A DNA stretch of 56,651 bases from Candidatus Aminicenantes bacterium (lineage in GTDB: Bacteria; Acidobacteriota; Aminicenantia; S016-38), in assembly GCA_026991555.1 (NCBI GenBank), contig JALXBI010000064.1, positions 1 through 56,651 of the forward strand. Direction: 5' to 3'. Below, piece after piece: positions 46,517-54,699 of the stretch. Every line of letters starts with the position of its first letter. Positions within the stretch are counted from its first letter, which is position 1. Below the pieces are notes generated by a model. That model made no database searches and had not been told where the DNA came from. It saw nothing but the letters and a program-made list of their open reading frames with translations. The position numbers and the translations under genes were made by a program.

Positions 46517-46733
46517 AATCCACATGGAAGCTCCCTGTATTTTGACCATTTCCACAAATTCACATAGCATTATTTTTCTTGAAGAAAAATTATGTTTTCT
46601 AATAAAATTTAAACAGGAAAAATAAAGGAGTGTGAAAATGTGGATAAAAACCGGGAAAGATAACTTATCCAAAGCTTTATCTTCTATCCAGGATGTTGTG
46701 GAAAAAAGGTTAATCAATCCGAAATTATCCAAT
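46516..46733. other. Putative oriC (dnaA-dnaN intergenic region extending into 5' dnaN)
   Basis: One of the very few long intergenic regions and very AT-rich. Boxes: AAATCCACA 46516, ATTTCCACA 46548, TGTGGATAA 46639 (perfect), TTATCCAAA 46665, TGTGGAAAA 46697 (fits TTWTNCACA), TTATCCAAT 46725. Confidence 0.75.
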
Positions 46734-47726
46734 GTTTTGATGAAAACTGAGGGAGACAAGCTTGAATTGAGGGCTACAAACCTTCAGATAGGTATAAAGA
46801 CATGGGTTGAAGCGGAGGTTAAGGAAGAGGGAGAAATTGCCATAAACGGAAGGAAAATATATGAGATAGTAAGGTCCTTTTCAGGTGATCATGTTGAACT
46901 TAAAACTATATCTTCCACCCATTGTGAGGTTAATGACGGAAAATCGCCATTTAAACTGGTATATACCGGTCCGGAAGGTTTCCCCGAATTTCCTGCTCCG
47001 AAGATAGATATTAGCGATTTTCCCTCGGAAATAATGAAGGAGTTCATAAGGAAAACCATTTTCTCCATTAACCAGAAGGACAGCAGGTTTATTATAAACG
47101 GTGTTCTTTTTAAACTTGATAACGGTAAGGCTATAATGGTTTCCACTGACGGTCACAGGCTTTCACTGGTTGAAAAGGATTTCGATTATCAGGGCCAGAC
47201 TAAGGAATACATACTTCTTAAAAATGTTCTCGCTAAATTGCAGAGGGCAGAGGAAGAAAAACTTTCCTTTGGTGACGATGAAAGAAATATTTTCTTCCAG
47301 TTTGACGGAAAAACCATAAATGTTTCCAAAGTGGAAGGAAGGTTCCCTAATTACGAGGTTGTTTTTCCGAGGAGCGTAAATTATGAAGTAATTATAAACA
47401 GGGAGGCATTACAGGATTCCTTGAGAAGAGCTTCAATAATAATTGATGAAAGGCAGGGTGGAGTCAGATTTAAAGTAGAAGAAGGTTACATGGAGATAAG
47501 TTCCCAGAATCCTGACCTTGGAGAGTTCAGGGAAAAAATAGAAGCAGATTACAGGGGAGAGGGCTTTAAAATAACCTTTAATCCCAGATATATAAACGAA
47601 TTTCTTTCCGTCGTGGACTCAGATCTGGTAAAAATGTATTTTGACGAGGTTGGGAAAGCGGTGGTTTTTGAGCCTGTGCATGATGTTGTCAATTATAAAT
47701 ATGTGGTAATGCCCATACGGGATTAA
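46638..47726 (+). CDS. dnaN: DNA polymerase III beta sliding clamp
   Basis: Start ATG 46638 (AAGGAG SD). ATNLQI, INGVLF, VSTDGHRL, EGRFPNY, FNPRYI, VVMPIR. Confidence 0.96.
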   Translation: MWIKTGKDNLSKALSSIQDVVEKRLINPKLSNVLMKTEGDKLELRATNLQIGIKTWVEAEVKEEGEIAINGRKIYEIVRSFSGDHVELKTISSTHCEVNDGKSPFKLVYTGPEGFPEFPAPKIDISDFPSEIMKEFIRKTIFSINQKDSRFIINGVLFKLDNGKAIMVSTDGHRLSLVEKDFDYQGQTKEYILLKNVLAKLQRAEEEKLSFGDDERNIFFQFDGKTINVSKVEGRFPNYEVVFPRSVNYEVIINREALQDSLRRASIIIDERQGGVRFKVEEGYMEISSQNPDLGEFREKIEADYRGEGFKITFNPRYINEFLSVVDSDLVKMYFDEVGKAVVFEPVHDVVNYKYVVMPIRD

Positions 47727-48310
47727 TGCCAGGATTTTTCATAGTAATTGAGGGAATAGACGGAGCAGGAAAAACCACACTGAGCCAAGATCTCAAGAGG
47801 GAACTTGAGAGGAGTGGTTACTCAGTAATAATAACCAGCGAACCAAGCTATGGAAAATACGGAAAACAGCTAAGAGACAAAATAAGGCAAGGTGATATAA
47901 CCCCCAAGGAGGAACTTGAGCTTTTCTTTAAAGACCGAATGGAACATGTGGAGAAGGTTTTAAAACCAGCCCTTTCGAAAGGGAAAATCGTAATATGCGA
48001 CAGGTATTTTTATTCAACCTGTGCTTATCAGGGAGCCCGTGGGTTGGATTATAAGGAAATTTGCAGGATAAATGAGGTTTTCCCTAAACCAGATCTTGTT
48101 ATTCTCCTGGACCTATCACCTGAGCAAGCCCTTAGCCGGAAAGAACTCAGGGAGGAACATTTTGAAAGGGAAGATTTCCTAAAAAGGGTTCGGGAAATAT
48201 ACCTTGAGGTCATAAAGTCCACTGCTCATCACGTAATAGATGCAAGCCTGCCAAAGGAGGAAGTGTTAAAAAGGAGCCTTAAATGCCTGAAAAAATACCT
48301 GAAAAAATAA
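47726..48310 (+). CDS. tmk: Thymidylate kinase
   Basis: IEGIDGAGKTT, EP, CDRYFYSTCAYQG, PDLVILLD. Confidence 0.93.
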   Translation: MPGFFIVIEGIDGAGKTTLSQDLKRELERSGYSVIITSEPSYGKYGKQLRDKIRQGDITPKEELELFFKDRMEHVEKVLKPALSKGKIVICDRYFYSTCAYQGARGLDYKEICRINEVFPKPDLVILLDLSPEQALSRKELREEHFEREDFLKRVREIYLEVIKSTAHHVIDASLPKEEVLKRSLKCLKKYLKK

Positions 48311-49554
48311 TGGCCTGGGCTGTAGAGGCCATAAGAAAAAATTCAGGTTATAATCTCGTTCTGGATTTCCTTGAGGCCAATTTTCAAGATTTTTCCCATG
48401 AAAACATAATTGTAGTTTCCATAGGAAAGGCCGCGGTTTCCATGGCCCAGGGAGCTAAGGAGTTTTTAGGGAAAAGGATAAAAAGGGGAATAGTAATATC
48501 CAACAAGGAAGGGGAAGTGGAGGGTTTTGAATTTTATTTGGGCTCCCACCCGTATCCTGATAGTAAAAGCCTGAAGGCCGGAAAAGCGCTTCTTTCCTTA
48601 GCAGAGGAGACAGGTCCCCAGGACCTGGTTCTCTTTCTGATTTCCGGTGGGGCATCTTCCTTAGCGGTTCTTCCCCATCCACCTTTTACTTTCGAAGACC
48701 TCTTCTTTATTTACAGAAAACTCATCCTCTCAGGGGCCAGCATAGGGGAAATTAACACCGTAAGAAGACATATTTCCCTCATAAAGGGAGGAAGACTGGC
48801 CAGGGCCTTTGCCCCCTCAAGGGTTATAACCCTTGCCATTTCCGATGTTATGGGGGATAAGCCACAGGATATAGGCTCCGGGCCTACGGTTCCTGATCCA
48901 ACCACCCTGGAGGGGGCTTCTGAGATTATGAAAAAATATGGCCTTTCCTCCTTTTTGGATAAATTAAGCTCAGTCCCTGAGACACCGAAACCCACGGACC
49001 CTGTTTTTAGAAATAATCGCTTTGTAGTTCTGGCCAACACATTGAGGATACTCAAGGATATTGAAAAAATGGCTAAAAAGGAGGGGTTTGAAACAATTAT
49101 ATTGACCTCAGAGGACAGGGGAGAGGCCAGCCAGGTAAGCGGAGTCTATTCAGGGATACTCTTTGAAATTTTAAGGAGCGGTAATCCATGGGAACCTCCA
49201 TTGGTCCTCCTTTCAGGGGGAGAGCTTACGGTTACGGTAAGGGGTGATGGAAAAGGTGGGAGAAATACCGAGTTTCTCTTAGCCCTGATAAGGGATTGCC
49301 GGGAAATAAAGGGCCAATTTTGTGCCTTAAGCATGGGAACCGACGGGATAGACGGTCCTACAGATGCAGCTGGTGCAGCCTTTTGCAGCGATATTTACGA
49401 GAAAATGGGCGATTTGAAACCCGAAGAATACTTAGCAAATAACGATTCCTACACTTTCTTTGATAAATTAGGACTTCTTATAAAAACCGGCCCCACGGAT
49501 ACCAACCTCAGGGACATCAGGATTTTCTGGATTGGAAAAAGGAAAGGGCATTAA
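48283..49554 (+). CDS. Glycerate 2-kinase (MOFRL family)
   Basis: SIGKAA, HPYPD, LISGGASSL, INTVRRHIS.IKGG, SDV.GD, IGSGPT, GGELTV, GGRNTE, TDGIDGPT, TGPTDTNLRD. Confidence 0.92.
   Translation: MPEKIPEKIMAWAVEAIRKNSGYNLVLDFLEANFQDFSHENIIVVSIGKAAVSMAQGAKEFLGKRIKRGIVISNKEGEVEGFEFYLGSHPYPDSKSLKAGKALLSLAEETGPQDLVLFLISGGASSLAVLPHPPFTFEDLFFIYRKLILSGASIGEINTVRRHISLIKGGRLARAFAPSRVITLAISDVMGDKPQDIGSGPTVPDPTTLEGASEIMKKYGLSSFLDKLSSVPETPKPTDPVFRNNRFVVLANTLRILKDIEKMAKKEGFETIILTSEDRGEASQVSGVYSGILFEILRSGNPWEPPLVLLSGGELTVTVRGDGKGGRNTEFLLALIRDCREIKGQFCALSMGTDGIDGPTDAAGAAFCSDIYEKMGDLKPEEYLANNDSYTFFDKLGLLIKTGPTDTNLRDIRIFWIGKRKGH
48286..48309 (+). repeat. Perfect 12-bp tandem duplication (CCTGAAAAAATA)x2 in the tmk / glycerate kinase overlap
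   Basis: Read directly from the sequence; encodes PEKI-PEKI and LKKY-LKK*. Confidence 0.85.
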
Positions 49555-50344
49555 GGAGGGAGAGCTTCTCCAATTCCCTTTGGGAAAGGCCCAGGCCCTT
49601 CATCCTCTCCGCCTGGAGGGCCACCGGAACCCCTCCCCCTTTGAGATTTCCGTGAGGGTCAAGTAAAGGTAAGTCGGATGGTCCTTGGGGGATCATGTCC
49701 GAGATCAGGGAAAATTCAGGTCCCTTAATCTTTAAAATTATTCTCAAAAATTCCTTAGAAAGGTGAACGAAGTCACCGATAACCTCAAGGTGGACTTCCT
49801 CAAGGAGAAATCCTGCCCCCAGGGCACCTATTTCCCTGTGATGCATCCCCCTCATGGCGTTGGGAAAATGGGTAAAATGCCTCACCCCCATTTGATAGGC
49901 CCTTAATATGTCCGGGTAAGTAGCGTTGGTGTGGCCAATGGAGGGAATTTTCCCCCTCTCCAGGGCCATGGTTATCAGGTCCTCTGCCCCTGGAATTTCC
50001 GGGGCAAAGGTGAACATTTCTATTCCTGGCAGGGACAGGAATTCCCTTATGTTTTTTTCCGTAGCAGGAAGTATGAACTCCCTTGGCTGGGCTCCGGATT
50101 TCTCCAAGCTTATAAAAGGGCCCTCAACCCTGAGAAAGGGAAATATGGAATCGGGATTTTTCGCCCTGTAGCGAAGGAAAGCTTCCCCTGTCCTTCCCAG
50201 CTCCCTGAGGGAAGCGTTCATAAGGGTTGGAATGGCAAAGACAACCCCCAAGTTCCTTAATTTTTCCTCTAAGGGTCCGAATTCCCCCCTCTGAAAGCTG
50301 AAGCCCCATCCCCCGTGAATGTGAGGATCAGCGGTTTTTATCAT
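49517..50344 (-). CDS. nagA: N-acetylglucosamine-6-phosphate deacetylase-like amidohydrolase, short form
   Basis: DPHIHG, PTL, VEGPF, SGAQ, FAPE, GHTNAT, THFPNAM, HLS, ISD. Confidence 0.75.
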   Translation of the reverse strand: MIKTADPHIHGGWGFSFQRGEFGPLEEKLRNLGVVFAIPTLMNASLRELGRTGEAFLRYRAKNPDSIFPFLRVEGPFISLEKSGAQPREFILPATEKNIREFLSLPGIEMFTFAPEIPGAEDLITMALERGKIPSIGHTNATYPDILRAYQMGVRHFTHFPNAMRGMHHREIGALGAGFLLEEVHLEVIGDFVHLSKEFLRIILKIKGPEFSLISDMIPQGPSDLPLLDPHGNLKGGGVPVALQAERMKGLGLSQRELEKLSLLNALSFFQSRKS

Positions 50345-50352
50345 AAAAAAAA

Positions 50353-50425
50353 TGACCCGCCGGGGACTCGAACCCCGAACCCACGGATTAAGAGTCCGTT
50401 GCTCTACCTGTTGAGCTAGCGGGCC
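50353..50425 (-). tRNA. tRNA-Lys (anticodon CTT); CCA not encoded
   Basis: GGCCCGC/GCGGGTC acceptor stem, D-arm GCTC...GAGC, anticodon arm ACGGA-CTCTTAA-TCCGT, T-arm CGGGG-TTCGAGT-CCCCG, discriminator A followed by T8. Confidence 0.96.
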
Positions 50426-50431
50426 ACCCCT

Positions 50432-50440
50432 ATTTTACCA
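50432..50440 (-). promoter_or_regulatory. Extended -10 (TGgTAAAAT) 6 nt upstream of the mature tRNA 5' end
   Basis: Minus strand: TGGTAAAAT-aggggt-GGCCCGC. Confidence 0.65.
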
Positions 50441-50444
50441 TAAA

Positions 50445-51119
50445 TTAAAAAAGCAGGGAAAGCCCGCCAACCACTAAAGCCTTGAATAACCAGACCCCTA
50501 CTGAAATTTCTATCGCCCTTTTTCTTCCCAGGTTCAGGGCTCCGTCCAGGGCAAGGCCTAAGGCGATGGCCGCCCAGAGGCTGAACAGGTCAAAGGCCTG
50601 GAGAAACCTTCCCGCCTTTGAAAAAGGAGAAAATGGGAAGAAAAGCAGAAGGGAGGTGGTAACTCCTATGGTGGTGCCCTTAAGGTAAATAATGAGGTCC
50701 CGAACCAGGGTGGCTAAGGGATAGCTTATCAGAGTAGAGTAAGTATAGAGGGTAAGAACCTGGGCGAAACTTCCCTCTGGGGTAAAGAACCTTAGGGCCA
50801 AGATGATCAATAGTGTCCCTATTAAGAGGGAAAGAAAATAAGAAAATGACAATCCTAAGGTGGTTCTTAGGTAAATTGCCCTTTTGGGTGTGTTCAGTAT
50901 AGAATCCCACTTTCCTGCTTCCTTGAGTTTTTCCACCACCTCTGGCTTCGTGTTCTGGAGCATTTGAATTGATTCCTTGAACTGTTTTGGAGCATAGGGA
51001 AGGGAAAAAACAAGGGTTGCTGCCAGAATAACTAAGGCAGGAATTGCCCAGGAGGACTTCCCCTTTAACTTCTTTCCCAGGGCAAAGGGATCGGTTATTA
51101 CCAGAAGGGGATTAACCAT
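50445..51119 (-). CDS. Yip1-domain membrane protein (YknW-like)
   Basis: N-terminal [18 protein letters not shown], five TM segments, FDLFSLW motif; adjacent to an ABC ATPase and an adaptor gene. Confidence 0.72.
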   Translation of the reverse strand: MVNPLLVITDPFALGKKLKGKSSWAIPALVILAATLVFSLPYAPKQFKESIQMLQNTKPEVVEKLKEAGKWDSILNTPKRAIYLRTTLGLSFSYFLSLLIGTLLIILALRFFTPEGSFAQVLTLYTYSTLISYPLATLVRDLIIYLKGTTIGVTTSLLLFFPFSPFSKAGRFLQAFDLFSLWAAIALGLALDGALNLGRKRAIEISVGVWLFKALVVGGLSLLF

Positions 51120-51783
51120 GGCTTATTATCCTCCCGTCCTTTAAGTTTACGATCCTCTGGGGCCTGGCGGCTATATTGGGATCGTGGGTTACCATTATTA
51201 TAGTGTTTCCCTGACGGTGAAGCTCTTCGAAAATTTCCATTATTTCCTCTCCGGAGCGGGAGTCCAGATTTCCCGTGGGTTCGTCGGCCAAAAGTATGGA
51301 GGGTTGATTTACTATGGCCCTGGCTATGGCCACCCTCTGGCGCTCTCCCCCGGAAAGTTCGTTGGGCCTATGCCACATTCTGTCCTTAAGTCCCACCATT
51401 TCTAAGGCCCTTTCGGCCATTTTTCTCCTTTCCTTTTTGGAAAGTCCTGCGTAAATAAGGGGCAATTCCACATTATGGATTGCCGGGGTTCTGGGAAGAA
51501 GGTGGAAGCTCTGGAAGACGAATCCAATTTTTTTGTTTCTAAGAAGGGATAATTCGTCGTCGTTTAAGGAGGATACATCCCTTCCTTCCAGATAATACTT
51601 GCCCTTAGATGGGGTATCTAAGCATCCCAGTATGTTCATTAAGGTTGATTTTCCTGAACCTGACGGGCCCATTATGGCCAAGTATTCTCCCTTTTCCACC
51701 TCCAAACTTACCCCCCTCAGGGCCTCCACCTGAACCTTTCCCATTTTGTAAATTTTCCACACATCCTCGGTTTTTATCAGCAA
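51112..51783 (-). CDS. ABC transporter ATP-binding protein, MacB/LolD/YknY-type
   Basis: [47 protein letters not shown]. Confidence 0.95.
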   Translation of the reverse strand: MLIKTEDVWKIYKMGKVQVEALRGVSLEVEKGEYLAIMGPSGSGKSTLMNILGCLDTPSKGKYYLEGRDVSSLNDDELSLLRNKKIGFVFQSFHLLPRTPAIHNVELPLIYAGLSKKERRKMAERALEMVGLKDRMWHRPNELSGGERQRVAIARAIVNQPSILLADEPTGNLDSRSGEEIMEIFEELHRQGNTIIMVTHDPNIAARPQRIVNLKDGRIISHG

Positions 51784-51786
51784 GGC

Positions 51787-52971
51787 TTACTTCCTCCCGA
51801 ATTTTTTCTTCTCTACCATGACCCTCTGGCCATCTTTGAGAATTCTGAGAACCTTGAAGGGGCCGATTATCACCTGCGCCCCTTCTTTAAGCCCTGAGCG
51901 CACCTCCACCTCCATTTCCCCCATAATTCCCTTTTCAATGGGCCTGAACCTTGCCACTCCTCCTTCCACCACAAAAACCCCTTCTCTTTCCTTACCCTTT
52001 ATTTTTCTCACCACTAAGGAGGAGATGGGCACCGCCAAAACATTATCGGCCTTGGCTACCTGAATCCTTCCAGTGGCTGTAAGCCCGGGTTTTAGTTTTT
52101 TTACATCCCCTTTCAGCACTATGACCACCTTGTATTCCTTGGCCTGCTCCTGGGAAGAGGAAAGGGCTGTTTCCTGCTGGGGTGAGCTTCCCACCTCTGT
52201 GACTACTCCGTGGAATTTCTCCTCAGGAAAGGCATCCACCTCCACAGTGGCCTTCTGTCCTTTCCTCACCTTGACTATGTCCGTCTCGTCCACCCAAACC
52301 TCTGCCTGCATCTGGGAAAGGTCCGCCACCGTAAGGAGAATGGTTCCTGGATTGTTCATGGTTCCGATTATGGCCACCTCTCCCTCTTCCACATTCAGGC
52401 TGGTTACCACCCCATCCACAGGGGAGGTAATAAGGGTCTTTTTAAGTTTTTCCTGGGCAGAACGCACCTGGGCTTCGTTCTGTTTGATCCTGAATTTGAG
52501 GGCCTTGAGGGAGGAAAGGGAGGACTTAAAATCTGCCTCTGCCTTGAGGAACTCCTCCTGGGAAATTATCCCCTTGGCGAAGAGTTTTTTGGCCCTCTCG
52601 TAATTCTTTTTTGCCACTTCATAGGCTGCTTCGCTCTGGATAAGCTGGGCCTCGGTGGCCTTGAGGGATGCCTGGGCCGATTCCAGCTCTGCCCTGTAAA
52701 GGGAAGGGTCTATCTGGAGGAGAAATTGGCCCTTTTTAACCCTGTCCCCTTCCTTTACCCCTATTTTGACGATCTTTCCGGAAATGTCTGCAGAGATTTC
52801 CACGTTTTTCGTGGGTTTTATCTCCCCGGTTCCCTCCACAATGGATACAAGATTGGTCCTCTTTATCTTCTGAACCCGGACTTTTACCCCGGAATTGGAC
52901 CTTTTAACGTTGAGAATTATGACCGCTATCGCCAGCAAAATCCCTATGGAGATCCAGATGGCTTTCTTCAT
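51787..52971 (-). CDS. Periplasmic adaptor / membrane fusion protein (MacA/YknX-like)
   Basis: N-terminal TM, lipoyl halves (ISGKIVKIGVKEGDRVKKGQ; SPVDGVV), coiled coil, VDETDI, LKPGLTA. Confidence 0.9.
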   Translation of the reverse strand: MKKAIWISIGILLAIAVIILNVKRSNSGVKVRVQKIKRTNLVSIVEGTGEIKPTKNVEISADISGKIVKIGVKEGDRVKKGQFLLQIDPSLYRAELESAQASLKATEAQLIQSEAAYEVAKKNYERAKKLFAKGIISQEEFLKAEADFKSSLSSLKALKFRIKQNEAQVRSAQEKLKKTLITSPVDGVVTSLNVEEGEVAIIGTMNNPGTILLTVADLSQMQAEVWVDETDIVKVRKGQKATVEVDAFPEEKFHGVVTEVGSSPQQETALSSSQEQAKEYKVVIVLKGDVKKLKPGLTATGRIQVAKADNVLAVPISSLVVRKIKGKEREGVFVVEGGVARFRPIEKGIMGEMEVEVRSGLKEGAQVIIGPFKVLRILKDGQRVMVEKKKFGRK

Positions 52972-52991
52972 GTTTTCCTCCTATGGGTCTT

Positions 52992-53783
52992 TTACGAAAA
53001 AATGCTGGCAGAGTTTTCCTCCTCGGCCATTAAGAGTAAGCCCATGATCATCAGGAACAGAAAGATTCCGGGAAATACGCTCAACCAGGGAGCTATAAAG
53101 AGAAATCCCCTTCCCTCATCTATCATTGCTCCCAAGGAAGGAGTTGGGGGCTGAAAACCCAGGCCCAGGAAGCTAAGAGAGGATTCAGCGAGAATAACCC
53201 CGGCCATTGAAACCACAGCCTGAATTCTTACCACCGGCAATACATGAGGAAAAACATGGTGTCTCAATACCCAGGGGAAAGAGGCCCCCAGGGCCAGGCT
53301 GGAAAGGATAAAATCCTCTTCCCTCAATTTGACGGCTATTCCTCTGGAAAGGCGGCAATAGGAGGTCCATCCCGAAAAAGAGAGGGCGATTACCAGATTT
53401 GTGAATCCTCCACCCAGCAGAGCCACAAAGGTCAGGGCCAGGAGAAATCCCGGGAAGGAGAGGAAAAGGTCCACGGCCCTCATTATTGCCTCATCCAATA
53501 ATCCTCCCCTCAGGCCAGCCAACGTTCCCAGAGCTGTTCCTGCGCCAGAGGTTATAATAACCACCAGGAGAGCGAGAGCCAAGGAGAGAAAAACTCCCAA
53601 AGCAGCCCTTTTAGCCACATCCCTTCCCAGAAAATCCGTTCCCATGGGATGGGCTAAGGATGGGGGTTTAAGTCTCTCCCTCATGTTCACCTTAGCCGGG
53701 GAATAGGGCAGGAAAACATAGAGAAAAAAGGAAAGGACCACCGGCAGAAAAAAAACTATGAGGCCTAATTTACCTTTTCTCAA
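52992..53783 (-). CDS. ABC peptide/nickel permease (DppC-like)
   Basis: PPSLAHPMGTDFLGRD, EAA-like FILSSLALGA, ESSLSFLGLG, W..FPG. Confidence 0.92.
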   Translation of the reverse strand: MRKGKLGLIVFFLPVVLSFFLYVFLPYSPAKVNMRERLKPPSLAHPMGTDFLGRDVAKRAALGVFLSLALALLVVIITSGAGTALGTLAGLRGGLLDEAIMRAVDLFLSFPGFLLALTFVALLGGGFTNLVIALSFSGWTSYCRLSRGIAVKLREEDFILSSLALGASFPWVLRHHVFPHVLPVVRIQAVVSMAGVILAESSLSFLGLGFQPPTPSLGAMIDEGRGFLFIAPWLSVFPGIFLFLMIMGLLLMAEEENSASIFS

Positions 53784-54699
53784 GGCCCTCCCCCAGTTTT
53801 ATTCTCGGGTCTATAAGGGGATAGGAAAGGTCAACAAGAAGATTTATAAGAACATAAACCGCAGCTATAAAAAGAACCAGGCCCTGAACCAGGGGATAAT
53901 CCCTTTCCCCGATGGCCTTTATAAGAAGGGTCCCTATTCCAGGGATGGAAAAAACCCGTTCGGTTATTATGGTTCCCGTAAGAAGGGCTCCTGTCTCAAG
54001 GCCTACGATGGTTATTATGGGGATCATGGCATTGGGAAGGATATGATAAAGAAAGATTCGGTTCCTTGAAAGGCCCCGGGAGCTTAAAGCTATAACATAT
54101 GCTTTACTGCTCTCTTCCTTGATGGACTTCCTTATGATTTTTACCAGATAGGCGGACAGGGCGGTGGCTAAGGTTATGGATGGAAGGATGTAATGGGCAG
54201 GGGTTTCTGCTCCGGAAACAGGGAAAAGCCTCAATTTTACTGAGAAAAAAAGGATAAGAAGAGGGCCGAGCCAGAAGTTAGGTATGGCAAGTCCCGCGGT
54301 GGATACGATAAATACCGGCAGGTCTGCCTTTTCCTTGACAGAGGCCAGTATTCCCAGGGGGAAAGATAAAAGGACGGTAAGGATTATGGAAAAAAGGGCT
54401 AAGGTGCCGGTGTAAGGGAGGTGGGATAGAATAAGGTCTGTTATCCTTTCGTTGGATATAAGAGACCTTCCCAGGTCCGCCCTTGTAAGCCCCGAAAGGA
54501 AATTCATGTATTGAACCCATAGGGGTTTGTCCAGTCCAAGTTCCCTTCTGAGTTCCTCCACCTGGGCCGGCCTGGCGTTTTCCCCGAGGATTATTTCCAC
54601 GGGATCCGAGGGAAGGAGCCTCATTAAAAAAAACACGAAACTTGCAGAGGCCCATAGAATTAAAACGCCCAGGGCAACTCTTTTCAGGACATACCTCAT
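53770..54699 (-). CDS. ABC peptide/nickel permease (DppB-like)
   Basis: LGLDKPLWVQY, DLGRS, PNFWLG, LPSITL, ITERVFSIPGIG, RDYPLVQG, LIDPRI. Confidence 0.93.
   Translation of the reverse strand: MRYVLKRVALGVLILWASASFVFFLMRLLPSDPVEIILGENARPAQVEELRRELGLDKPLWVQYMNFLSGLTRADLGRSLISNERITDLILSHLPYTGTLALFSIILTVLLSFPLGILASVKEKADLPVFIVSTAGLAIPNFWLGPLLILFFSVKLRLFPVSGAETPAHYILPSITLATALSAYLVKIIRKSIKEESSKAYVIALSSRGLSRNRIFLYHILPNAMIPIITIVGLETGALLTGTIITERVFSIPGIGTLLIKAIGERDYPLVQGLVLFIAAVYVLINLLVDLSYPLIDPRIKLGEGLEKR

Noticed and set aside
45209-46634. GTG starts called by the ORF track for dnaA (45209) and dnaN (46632), likewise 24961
   Set aside because: These GTGs belong to the recurring (GGAG)GTGAAAATG SD/spacer pattern; the downstream ATG gives better spacing.
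50353-50425. tRNA as an integration site for a mobile element
   Set aside because: No integrase and no duplicated tRNA 3' end (att) seen; the flanking genes are not mobile-element genes.
52210-53154. 314-aa plus-strand ORF
   Set aside because: Antisense shadow of the MFP and dppC genes; no recognisable motifs, SD or promoter.
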